Assembly: GCA_964407715.1 (NCBI GenBank)
Contig: CAYOWP010000001.1
Location: 1 to 64,000 of the forward strand
Source of the DNA: an uncultured archaeon
Lineage (GTDB): Archaea > EX4484-52 > JAADEF01
Reading direction: 5' to 3'
Length of the DNA: 64,000 nucleotides
Under the pieces are notes generated by a model. That model had not been told where the DNA came from. It worked only from the letters and a program-made list of their open reading frames with translations, and did not search any database. The position numbers and the translations under genes were made by a program. Positions 39,961 through 49,311 of the stretch are shown here, one piece after another (position 1 is the first letter of the stretch; every line of letters begins with the position of its first letter).

Positions 39961-41139
39961 ATGATGCGACATTATCAGGATAAAAAGAAAATTGCTTTTC
40001 ATTTTGTTCTTCTTATGGGTATTGTTAGCCTCTTTGGAGATATAACATATGAAGGAGCAAGAAGCATCATAGGCCCTTATCTGGCTATATTAGGTGCAAG
40101 CGCTACTGTAGTAGGTTTGGCATCAGGTTTAGGGGAATTTGTTGGATATGGATTACGATTAATTTCTGGTTATATTGCAGACAAAACTAAAATGTATTGG
40201 CTATTCACCGTTATAGGTTATGGATTAATTCTCTCGATACCTTTATTAGCCTTTGCTGGTCATTGGGAGATTGCTGTTCTCCTTATTATCTTAGAACGAA
40301 TGGGAAAAGCCATAAGAACACCTGCCAGAGATGCTATCTTATCACATGTAACAACGCAAATAGGAAGAGGCTTAGGCTTTGGCATTCACGAGGCTTTAGA
40401 TCAAGTTGGTGCTTTCATTGGTCCGCTGGTTTTTTCTGTGCTACTTATGTTGGGTGGTGAATACAGGTATGGATTTATTGCCCTGTTGATACCTGCTATT
40501 TTGACATTGATTTTTCTTATGATAGCAAAAAGTAAAGTACCTTTGCCAGAGAAATTTGAAAGAACTCATAGTACAAAGACCAATAAACTTCCAAAGGTTT
40601 TTTGGTTCTACATGTTGTTCACTATTCTAAGTGTCATAGGATTTGCTAACTTTCCATTGATTTCATATCATCTTAAGGTTCAATCAATTCTTTCAGATTT
40701 CCAGATTCCCATACTCTATGCGATTGCAATGGGCGTAGATGCTTTAATCGCGGTTTTTATAGGCAGGATATACGATAAGATAGGATTGGCATCTTTGATA
40801 ACAATACCTCTATTATCTCTTTTTATTCCTTTCTTTGCTTTTTCTCATAGCTTGACCTTTGCAGTTATAGGAATGATATTATGGGGATCAGCAATGGGCA
40901 TCCAAGAAACAATAATGCGAGCAGCCATCGGAGATATAACGCCAATTGCACATAGAGGGTTTGCATACGGTATATTTAACGCGGCATATGGAGCATCTTT
41001 ATTTGTTGGGAGCACAATTATGGGGTTGCTATATGATGTCTCTATAAAGTATATTATTGTTTTTGTAATTTTTATGGAAATGCTCTCCATATTTGTGTTC
41101 CTCTCACTTAAATGGCAATATAACAAGAGAGCATTTTAA
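39961..41139 (+). CDS. MFS transporter
   Basis: About 12 TM helices; SGYIADKT and ERMGKAIRTPARD. Confidence 0.9.
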   Translation: MMRHYQDKKKIAFHFVLLMGIVSLFGDITYEGARSIIGPYLAILGASATVVGLASGLGEFVGYGLRLISGYIADKTKMYWLFTVIGYGLILSIPLLAFAGHWEIAVLLIILERMGKAIRTPARDAILSHVTTQIGRGLGFGIHEALDQVGAFIGPLVFSVLLMLGGEYRYGFIALLIPAILTLIFLMIAKSKVPLPEKFERTHSTKTNKLPKVFWFYMLFTILSVIGFANFPLISYHLKVQSILSDFQIPILYAIAMGVDALIAVFIGRIYDKIGLASLITIPLLSLFIPFFAFSHSLTFAVIGMILWGSAMGIQETIMRAAIGDITPIAHRGFAYGIFNAAYGASLFVGSTIMGLLYDVSIKYIIVFVIFMEMLSIFVFLSLKWQYNKRAF

Positions 41140-42089
41140 AGTTTTCTTTTTAAAATAACCTGAGTATCTCCCCAACTATAAGCATTAGCAATGAACCCAT
41201 ACTTTTGAAAACCTAATCCTCTATAAAATCTCAGTGCTCTCTCATTTTTGCTTGATGTTTTTGCAACTACAAAATCCTTATTTTTCTTTTTTGCAAGATA
41301 TAAAGCATGCTCAACCATGGCACTTCCAATACCTCTATTCTGATAATCCCTATGTACAGCTAACCATTCAATCTCGATCTCATGTGCTCTTTCAATCAAA
41401 CTCATAAAACCAACTTCTTTTCCTTCATAATAAGCAAAATACATCTCTCCTTTCAATGCTTCTATCTCCTGTTTTGATGGATTATAAAATTTAAAATTTA
41501 TAGAACCACAGTTCTTATGTATTTCAAATGCCTTATTCACATCTCGAGACCTTTTTATTTCTATCTTAGCATGCTTTTTTCTTTTAACTCTCTTAAAATC
41601 AAACACATATTCCATTTTAAGGTTATTTCTCCATCTATTGGAGTATTTTATTTCTCTCTCCTCAAATGCCGAGTATTCAAATCCTACACTTTCATAGCAT
41701 CTTCTAGCCCTAATATTTTCCTCATCTACATCCAAGCATACTTTATAAAATCCTTTTTCTTTTGCTATGTTTATAAGTTTTCTAACAATCTCTTTGCATA
41801 ATCCCTTACCCCAAAATTTCTTTCTTATCCATAATCCTATTTCTGCATATCTTTCCTTAAATCTTATTTCTCCTATGCCTGCAGGTTCACCATTGTAAAG
41901 GATTATTATATTTTTAGATGTCTTCTCCCTCAACTTTTTTCTGATCCATTCTTTTTCATCTTCTATACTGAACTTTTTATTACACAATTTAGCAAAATTC
42001 AAAAGGTGTTCTCTTATTTCTCTATCATTTATCTCTATCAACCACTCCGCATCTTTTACATGTAAATCGCGAAATGATATCTTTTTCAT
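41136..42089 (-). CDS. Tandem GNAT acetyltransferase
   Basis: Two GNAT domains (FWGKGL...NIRARRCYESVGF and YQNRGIG...ALRFYRGLGF). Confidence 0.88.
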   Translation of the reverse strand: MKKISFRDLHVKDAEWLIEINDREIREHLLNFAKLCNKKFSIEDEKEWIRKKLREKTSKNIIILYNGEPAGIGEIRFKERYAEIGLWIRKKFWGKGLCKEIVRKLINIAKEKGFYKVCLDVDEENIRARRCYESVGFEYSAFEEREIKYSNRWRNNLKMEYVFDFKRVKRKKHAKIEIKRSRDVNKAFEIHKNCGSINFKFYNPSKQEIEALKGEMYFAYYEGKEVGFMSLIERAHEIEIEWLAVHRDYQNRGIGSAMVEHALYLAKKKNKDFVVAKTSSKNERALRFYRGLGFQKYGFIANAYSWGDTQVILKRKL

Positions 42090-42178
42090 TTTTATACCTC
42101 TTCAACTCTTATTCTTTAGGGTGACATTAACATCCCTACCCCATTAAGCCACCTCATGCGTAGGCTCAGTGACTATCG

Positions 42179-43507
42179 CTATCCCTTCAATAGCCATTTC
42201 CATAATGGAACAAATCTTATCTTCCCGCGTTTCCTCCGCCACTCCACTTCGCGAGTATCCTCATAATCCCATGTTATCACTGTTAGAGGTACATTATCAC
42301 CAAGCTTTAGTTCTTCTTTAGCATGTAATAAAGCGCGTATCTCTCTTTCAGGTATTTCCTCATAGGAATTTGCATAGCATACCTGCATCAATTCCTTTAT
42401 TTTCATACCTTCCTTAATCAAGAAATCTACCTCATAACCTTCGCGTGTTTCGTAAAAATAATATTCATAGAAAGGATGATTGTTTTGCTGTCTAAGTAAC
42501 TCAACAAATACCAAATTTTCCATTATTCTTTCTTTGCTTAGTTCAAAATTAAAGTAATGTGATAGTCCTAAATCAACAACATAAATCTTCTTTGGCCAAT
42601 TCTTTCTGATATATATTTTCTGAGAATATCTCTCTAAAAAGAAAATACATAATGTATCTTCTATGAGTGATAAATACTCATATAATGTTTTTTTGGATAA
42701 TGGAACTTTTGATTTCAAATAAGATTCCACTTTTGAGATGCTCAATTTTGTTGAATAATTCTGAAAACAAAACTCAAAAAGAAATCTGCTGAGATCTACA
42801 CTTTTAATTTTATGTCTTTCAATAAAATCCTTTAAGAAAATCTCATCAAGGTATGTCTTCAAAATTTTTTTCTTTATTTCTTCTTGATTAGAAATCACAA
42901 CTTCTGGATATCCACCATATTTTATGTATTCTTCTAAAAGTTCAAGTATAGATAACTTTTCTGATAAAGATAAAAAAGGAAACTTCTCTAATAATGATTG
43001 ATCTTTATATTTTATGAATTCTCTAAAACTAAAAGGCAAAAGAAAGTACCATAAAGATCTTCCTCTCAATTGAGTTGCAATTTCTTTGCTTGAAAGTTTA
43101 GAAGATGAGCCAGTAATCACAATGTTATACTCCCTATCAATTAAACTTCTTAAAACAGACTCCCAATCCTTAATCTCTTGAATTTCATCTAATAAGAGTA
43201 AAGAAGGCTCCTTTCCTTTAATTTTTTTAAAAAGAAAGATTATCTCAATTAAGTCCTTAAAACTTATGTTTTTTAAAAACACTTCTTCAAAATTCAAATA
43301 CAATACTTCTTTATCTTTGTATTTATTTAGAAGATAAATCATATAAAAGGTTTTCCCTGCCCTTCTTGGACCAAGCAAAGAAATTATTTTATGTGGTATA
43401 ATTTTTATATTAAGTTCTCTTAATACACCTTCAAATTTTCTTTCTTTTTTTAAATACTCCACGATAATTTCCTTATCTATCATAATATCATATAATGATA
43501 TTTTCAT
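42179..43507 (-). CDS. AAA+ ATPase (AAA_14 / DUF4143-type)
   Basis: GPRRAGKT, LLDEIQ, TGSSS, YGGYP and C-terminal EVDF. Confidence 0.9.
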   Translation of the reverse strand: MKISLYDIMIDKEIIVEYLKKERKFEGVLRELNIKIIPHKIISLLGPRRAGKTFYMIYLLNKYKDKEVLYLNFEEVFLKNISFKDLIEIIFLFKKIKGKEPSLLLLDEIQEIKDWESVLRSLIDREYNIVITGSSSKLSSKEIATQLRGRSLWYFLLPFSFREFIKYKDQSLLEKFPFLSLSEKLSILELLEEYIKYGGYPEVVISNQEEIKKKILKTYLDEIFLKDFIERHKIKSVDLSRFLFEFCFQNYSTKLSISKVESYLKSKVPLSKKTLYEYLSLIEDTLCIFFLERYSQKIYIRKNWPKKIYVVDLGLSHYFNFELSKERIMENLVFVELLRQQNNHPFYEYYFYETREGYEVDFLIKEGMKIKELMQVCYANSYEEIPEREIRALLHAKEELKLGDNVPLTVITWDYEDTREVEWRRKRGKIRFVPLWKWLLKG

Positions 43508-43560
43508 TTTAAAAAGTTTCTTGAGGAAACTATTTTCATAAATTTTAGTTCCCTAAGGGG

Positions 43561-44499
43561 TCAAAAATTTTTACTTTTATGTAATTCAGAAATTTTTTGC
43601 AAATATTTCTTTATCTCTCTTTTATCTTCATAAAATGTAATAGCAAAATATTTATTATCATCCTTTTTTCTAATATAAAATTCTTCATGCTCTTTCTGGA
43701 GGAGAAGAGGAGCATTATATCCTAAGAATAGACTATCCACTAACCAGTTATCAGTTGCTTCATTAGGTTGTGGAGAAAGTTTAATATAAATCTTTGAAAG
43801 ATTTTCAGCTATGTTTTTTACTCCTACAGATTGAACAAATCTCTTTGCAGTACAATAAGCCTTTTCTAATTCTTTTTTATTTTCATGAAGCTTGTAAAAA
43901 TGATATCTAAGCAATTCTAAATGTTCTGGAAACTTTTCTGGTTCAGCACGACAAAGTCCAAGGAAAGCCAATGGTGCAAGAGAAAACTCGAATTTTGAGC
44001 TATTAACAAGATCTCGAAGATAATCTGCTACTCTATACCCCGAAGACATTTCCGATATAATATATAATCCAATAGGGAACAATTCTTTATCTTTTTCTTC
44101 TTTAATAGTATCACAAGTGATACTTTCAACTATAGCGGGAATAGTTTCAACAGCTTTGACTTCAAGAACTAAAAATAACAGGTACTTTAAAATTTTCTTG
44201 GAAAATTTTTCTTCTGGAATGTTGAGAATAGCAATTTTCAGTCCTTCTCTGAATTTTTTCTTTCCTCTATATGACAGCGATTCATAAATACTCTTTAAAA
44301 TTTCTATCATATCTTCATATTTCTGACTTAAGATATATCTTTGTTGAGATGTTCTTAATTCTGTTACCAGCCATTTACTAATTTCTTTGCTATTCATATT
44401 TTCTATCTTCTTTTTTTCTTCTTTAATGATAATATAATCATATATATCCTTAAGCATGCTATTTTGTTTTTTACCTTCAATTTTTTCTTTAAATTCCAT
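43561..44499 (-). CDS. Hypothetical helical protein
   Basis: 312-aa ORF with SD-like GGAGGGAG upstream. Confidence 0.7.
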   Translation of the reverse strand: MEFKEKIEGKKQNSMLKDIYDYIIIKEEKKKIENMNSKEISKWLVTELRTSQQRYILSQKYEDMIEILKSIYESLSYRGKKKFREGLKIAILNIPEEKFSKKILKYLLFLVLEVKAVETIPAIVESITCDTIKEEKDKELFPIGLYIISEMSSGYRVADYLRDLVNSSKFEFSLAPLAFLGLCRAEPEKFPEHLELLRYHFYKLHENKKELEKAYCTAKRFVQSVGVKNIAENLSKIYIKLSPQPNEATDNWLVDSLFLGYNAPLLLQKEHEEFYIRKKDDNKYFAITFYEDKREIKKYLQKISELHKSKNF

Positions 44500-44591
44500 T
44501 TTGTTCTCCCTCCTATCTTCATATTAACAAGTTTTTGATATACTGGAAAACCGTTAAATATATATATAAGTTTGAACTATAATATATTTTA

Positions 44592-44651
44592 CTCTTGGTT
44601 CATTTAGAACCAAGAGGGTTCCCCTAGGAAGGTCCTTTATAGGACCTTCCT
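44592..44651. other. Twin perfect hairpins in a divergent intergenic region
   Basis: CTCTTGGTTC-attta-GAACCAAGAG (44592-44616) and AGGAAGGTCCT-ttat-AGGACCTTCCT (44626-44651). Confidence 0.8.
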
Positions 44652-44707
44652 TTATGCTCTTTCTATTATACAATAATTTTAAAATTTTTAGTCTTATATT
44701 TGACTAT

Positions 44708-45763
44708 ATGAAAAAATTTAAGAGATGTGTACTTTATGAGAAATTGGAAAATAAGAAAGTGAGATGTTTCGCATGTAGGCATAGATGTGTAATCAATGAG
44801 AATCACACAGGTATTTGTGGTGTAAGAGCGAATTTTTCTGGTGATCTCTATCTCATAGTGCATTCTAAACCTTCAGCATATCACATAGATCCCATAGAGA
44901 AAAAACCTTTCTATCACTTTCTACCATCAGAACAAGCATTATCCTTAGGTACAGTAGGATGTAATTTTAGATGTGCATGGTGTCAAAATCATGATTTGAG
45001 CCAAGGAATTAAGGAATACTCTATGTTTAATGCAGAAAAGGCAGTGAAATTTTTAGAGCACAATTCATTTGAAGGTTTAGAACCAGAGAGGATTGTTGAA
45101 GATGCTATTAATTTTGGAGTGAAAATAATAGCATATACATATAATGAGCCTACGATATGGATGGAGTATGCGATAGATATTGCGAAACTTGCGAAAAAGG
45201 AAGGTATAAAAAATGTATTTGTTTCATCAGGATATGAGAGCGAGGAAGGATTAAAGTTTATCTCGCGCTACATAGATGCCTTTAACATTGATCTCAAGGC
45301 ATTTAGAGATGAAACCTACAGGAAATACATAGGAGCAACATTAGATGGTGTGTTAAAAACCATAAAGGAGATAAAGAAAAAAGGAAAATGGTTGGAGATA
45401 ACAACACTTTTGATACCTGATATAAATGATAGCATTGAGGAAATAGAGGAGATAGCAGATTTTATATGTTCAATAGATAAAGATATTCCTTGGCATATAT
45501 CAAGATTTTTTCCACATTATAAGATAACAAACAAACCTCCAACACCAATATCTAAATTAGTAAAAGCAAGAGAAATAGGAATAGAACATGGTTTAAGACA
45601 TGTGTATTTGGGCAATATTATCGATAAAAAATATGAGAGCACATACTGCCCAGAATGCAAGAATATAGTAATAGAGAGAGAGGGATATTTTGTAAAGAAC
45701 TACCTTGATGAAAACGGAAAATGCCCTTATTGTGGTTATAAAATAAAAGGAGTTTGGAAATAA
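44708..45763 (+). CDS. AmmeMemoRadiSam-type radical SAM enzyme
   Basis: N-terminal CFACRHRC...GICGVR, DPIEKKP, CNFRCAWCQN, YTYNEP and C-terminal CxxC pairs. Confidence 0.92.
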   Translation: MKKFKRCVLYEKLENKKVRCFACRHRCVINENHTGICGVRANFSGDLYLIVHSKPSAYHIDPIEKKPFYHFLPSEQALSLGTVGCNFRCAWCQNHDLSQGIKEYSMFNAEKAVKFLEHNSFEGLEPERIVEDAINFGVKIIAYTYNEPTIWMEYAIDIAKLAKKEGIKNVFVSSGYESEEGLKFISRYIDAFNIDLKAFRDETYRKYIGATLDGVLKTIKEIKKKGKWLEITTLLIPDINDSIEEIEEIADFICSIDKDIPWHISRFFPHYKITNKPPTPISKLVKAREIGIEHGLRHVYLGNIIDKKYESTYCPECKNIVIEREGYFVKNYLDENGKCPYCGYKIKGVWK

Positions 45764-45770
45764 AAATCTC

Positions 45771-46172
45771 CTATCTTTTTACTTCCTTTACCACATATAT
45801 ATCTCCTTTTTCATCTCTAGCACCAACTCCAATCGTATCAAGACCGTCTATCACTGGAATATCTTGAAATACCTTTCTAAGAGAAAAGCTACCTGCTGCA
45901 CATCCAAGAGAGACAATAGCATCAATATCTCCTTCTAAGTTTATTTGCTTTTTTATCATATCTATATCGCACATTATTGGAATAACATTTTTGTATGCTA
46001 TATTAAAACCCTCTTTCTTTAAAGCCTCACTAACCTCTTCTAATCCTTTATCTCCACCAGTACCACATATCCTTGCACAAGCGTTACATGCGATTACAGC
46101 AATTCTTTTGGCATTTATTTCCTCTAATTGTGCCTTTATTACGCCGAGAGGTTTTCTGTCGGTTACTATCAT
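45771..46172 (-). CDS. Cys-rich MetV / MTHFR-C-terminal-like protein
   Basis: CNACARICGTGG, MC and GCAAG. Confidence 0.7.
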   Translation of the reverse strand: MIVTDRKPLGVIKAQLEEINAKRIAVIACNACARICGTGGDKGLEEVSEALKKEGFNIAYKNVIPIMCDIDMIKKQINLEGDIDAIVSLGCAAGSFSLRKVFQDIPVIDGLDTIGVGARDEKGDIYVVKEVKR

Positions 46173-46241
46173 AATCTCACCTCACATAATTATTATAAAA
46201 TCTTAAAATTATATATAATTTAATTTTGTTTTTATAGGGTG

Positions 46242-46375
46242 AGCATTGTCCAATAATGTGTTTTGAGAAATTTTGTTAACGGGAAACATAGCTATATTTA
46301 AAGGATTAAACTGCTATAAGTGTTATTTGCGCGTTAAGTTTCCACTTAACAAATGGAGGATTATTGGACAATGCC
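46242..46375. mobile_element. MITE-like element, copy 6
   Basis: AGCATTGTCCAATAAT...ATTATTGGACAATGCC; flanks TATAGGGTG and TATAAGGTG (8/9 match). Confidence 0.85.
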
Positions 46376-46391
46376 TATAAGGTGCAAATTT

Positions 46392-47375
46392 ATGGTAACA
46401 TCCATAGAAAAGAGTATAAATCACTTTGTAGATTATTTCAAAGAAGCGTTTGAGATGTATAAAAACATAGATGTGGAAGATATTAAAAACAAATTCTCTT
46501 CAAATAAAGAGATTATCATTTGTGGTATGGGAGGTTCTGGAATAGCAGGCATGATTGTTGAGCGTTTATTCGAAGATAAAAATATCATAGGAATGACAAC
46601 AGATGAAATACCTAGCAAATATAAAGACGCAAATTTTATATTGGTCAGCTATTCTGGGAATACACATGAGGTATTAAATGCGTTTGATAAATATAAAAAT
46701 AATGTAGTGTGTGCTATAACAACAGGAGGTAAATTAAAAGAAAAATGTGAAAACAATGGAATAAAAGCTTTTGAATTACCTTCGGGATTTATCCCCAGAA
46801 GTACATTACCCCATATGATCGTATTGCTCTCTTATATTCTTAATAGACTAGGCGTAATTTCTGAATCAGACATAGAGAAAATAAGGGAAGCTATTAATGA
46901 ACTTGAAGTTGTGAAAGATATGCTTTTGAATAATGCTAAAGAGATTGCAAAAAACATAAATCATGATGATATTTTAGTATTTCTTACATCCTATACCTTA
47001 TATCCTGCAGCATACCGAACAAAAACTCAAATAAATGAAACTTGCAAAATGCATTCATATGCAGAGTTTTTTTCTGAGCATAATCACAATAGTATAATGG
47101 CTATAAAGCAACATGTTAAAAATGTTTTCTATGTAATATATAAAGATCCATTTGATAATCAACTCAAAAAAAGGTTTGAGTTCTTTATTAACAAACTTAG
47201 AGGATTTAGATATAGATATGTGGATATAGAGATAGAGGCAAAAAGCAGAGAAATGGCTATGCTATCATATATACTATATGGAGATTATTTAAGCGTTGAA
47301 ATAGCAAAAAGGTTTAATATAGATATGGAAACAGGAGATATTATCAAGGAGTTAAAAGAATTTTTGAATGGATAA
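46392..47375 (+). CDS. Bifunctional phosphoglucose/phosphomannose isomerase (SIS)
   Basis: CGMGGSG, SYSGNT, TTGG, PRS, KTQINE and EHNHN. The start is moved downstream because the ORF-track start lies inside the MITE. Confidence 0.9.
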   Translation: MVTSIEKSINHFVDYFKEAFEMYKNIDVEDIKNKFSSNKEIIICGMGGSGIAGMIVERLFEDKNIIGMTTDEIPSKYKDANFILVSYSGNTHEVLNAFDKYKNNVVCAITTGGKLKEKCENNGIKAFELPSGFIPRSTLPHMIVLLSYILNRLGVISESDIEKIREAINELEVVKDMLLNNAKEIAKNINHDDILVFLTSYTLYPAAYRTKTQINETCKMHSYAEFFSEHNHNSIMAIKQHVKNVFYVIYKDPFDNQLKKRFEFFINKLRGFRYRYVDIEIEAKSREMAMLSYILYGDYLSVEIAKRFNIDMETGDIIKELKEFLNG

Positions 47376-47379
47376 ATAT

Positions 47380-47486
47380 TTGATTAACCTAAAAATTGCT
47401 CTCAAAAAGGATAGTGTGCTATGATATGCTTTTTGGGATATTTAATCTTTCAAGTTTTACTAATAGAAAGCTATTGGACGATGTTC
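47380..47486. repeat. Degenerate remnant of the MITE/unit family
   Basis: TAATAGAAAGCTATTGGACGATGTT resembles the right end TAATAGAGAATTATTGGACAATGCC. Confidence 0.5.
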
Positions 47487-47709
47487 ATTTTTGAAAGGAA
47501 GAATAGAAGAACTGGGGCGTTATAATAAAAATTTTGAAGGATATATCATAAAGATAGATAACATCGCCTCTTTTATTTCTCCTAAATTAAAGGATTTCTT
47601 ATGGAGAAGAGGAGAGAAATATAGAGATATTGACCCTCGAATACCATATAACTATAAAAGATATGGAAATGAGCTAAATGAAATCTATTGGAAAATTCTA
47701 TCTGAAAAG

Positions 47710-47980
47710 AAATATTCTTCTGTTAACCAAAAATAAAAAATGGTTAAAGGGAAGCATAGCCTATTCATTTGGCATGTTGAAGCAACTAACCTTTCATAGA
47801 GGTTAGCATGCTGTAATGTGCCTTGTAGAAGGGATATTCTTCCGTTAACCTTTTATTTTAAATAAAAAATGGTTGGGTGAAACATAACTTCTTAAGAGAG
47901 TATGTAACAGCAGCTAACCTGCTTAGAAAGGTTAGCTGTCTTGATATTCTGAATGAAGGGAGTAGCCTTTTCGTTAACCT
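47710..47980. repeat. Palindromic-unit array (2 units plus a partial)
   Basis: Units at about 47741-47850 and 47870-47979. Confidence 0.88.
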
Positions 47981-48001
47981 TTTTCATCAAATTTTTTGAT
48001 G

Positions 48002-48868
48002 TTAGGATAAAAGTTCATCTATCATGGCCTCGCATAGATCTCTTAGAAGTCTTACTGGTTCTGTGGTGTAGGAGTATTTTGTTTTTCTCAATTTTATATT
48101 CAATTTTTTTAAATCTTGGGTTATTGAAGAAAGCTCCTTAATATTTCTGTATGTATAGTATTGTACAGCTAAGGAAAACTTTTCTTCTAATATTTGAAGT
48201 ATGGTACTTATAGTTTCTTTATCTTTTTTTGAAAGTCTTTTTAACTCTCCTATATTTATGAGAGAATCTGCCATGTTTTCTATTATGGTTGCATATCTTG
48301 AGAGATATTCATTTGGATAGAGTCTCATTGAAAGATAATAGTATTTATCAACCTCTTTGTCCATTTCATCCATTTGCGAAAGTTTCTTTTTAGAGAATTT
48401 TGTGGTAATGCTATCACGTGAAATTTTCAAAAACCATTCTACCAAATAAAAGAGATGATATAAGATTTTGTGCCTGCTGAGTGAATATTCATCTGTTATA
48501 AAAAATATCTCCAATTCCTTCTGAGATGGTTTATATTCTATAAAACTTCCAAATAGACATTCTTCAACGAATTTTTTTATCTCAGGAAGTTTTTCTTTGG
48601 TTAGATTCGTAAGTACTATTTTGTCTATATTTCTTATATAAGCGCCTATTATTATCTGCTCTATTAAATGTTTTGGATATTTTTCAACATTCTTTTCTAT
48701 TTTTGTTTTTTCCATATCCTTTGGTTTTATTATAAGAAAGTTATTGAAATCCTCAATTAACACATCTTCATTTTTTTGTAAACTACATTTTCTGATCCAA
48801 TCTATAGGTAAACTTACGGTGTATGTGGTTTTACTTGTCTTTTGAATTTTTCTTTCATATTTTATCAT
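48002..48868 (-). CDS. AbrB-domain / PhoU-like regulator
   Basis: RKIQKTSKTTYTVSLPIDW AbrB motif; DKEVDKYY and IENMAD PhoU-like helices. Confidence 0.82.
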   Translation of the reverse strand: MIKYERKIQKTSKTTYTVSLPIDWIRKCSLQKNEDVLIEDFNNFLIIKPKDMEKTKIEKNVEKYPKHLIEQIIIGAYIRNIDKIVLTNLTKEKLPEIKKFVEECLFGSFIEYKPSQKELEIFFITDEYSLSRHKILYHLFYLVEWFLKISRDSITTKFSKKKLSQMDEMDKEVDKYYYLSMRLYPNEYLSRYATIIENMADSLINIGELKRLSKKDKETISTILQILEEKFSLAVQYYTYRNIKELSSITQDLKKLNIKLRKTKYSYTTEPVRLLRDLCEAMIDELLS

Positions 48869-48956
48869 TTTATCACCTTCTTAATGTGGGTATATACATG
48901 TATATACATAAAAAACATAACATTTAAATAATTTATTGATATGTTATTATATCCTT

Positions 48957-49292
48957 ATGGTAGAAAAAAGAGACGTGATTAAGGAAATCTCTGAATATGA
49001 AAAGAAGGCGAGGGAGATTGTAGAAAAAGCAAAGAAGGATGCTTCTAAGGAAATAGCGAGATATGAGGAAAACTTAAAGAAAAGAAGAGAAAAAATGAAG
49101 AAGGAGTGTGATGAGAGGCTTGAAAGATATGAAAAAGAGAGATATAAAGATATAGAAAGAAAAATAAAAGAGTATAAAAAGAAGATGGATAAAGAAATAA
49201 AAACATTTAGAGCATTGCTCGATTCAAATTCTGAAAAAATTAAGAAAAGTCTTTCCTCGATTATATTAGAAACTCTTAAAGAAATTCAATGA
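48957..49292 (+). CDS. atpH: A-type ATP synthase subunit H (peripheral stalk)
   Basis: Charged coiled coil at the head of the operon. Confidence 0.7.
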   Translation: MVEKRDVIKEISEYEKKAREIVEKAKKDASKEIARYEENLKKRREKMKKECDERLERYEKERYKDIERKIKEYKKKMDKEIKTFRALLDSNSEKIKKSLSSIILETLKEIQ

Positions 49293-49311
49293 GATATTTT
49301 GGTGATCTTCA

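Noticed and set aside
42115-42180. GC-richer patch as a possible ncRNA
   Set aside because: No convincing stem, C/D box or tRNA-like features were found.
47491-47736. 81-aa ORF
   Set aside because: It has a TTG start, lies between two repeat remnants and ends inside one. It may be a gene fragment but cannot be supported as a gene.
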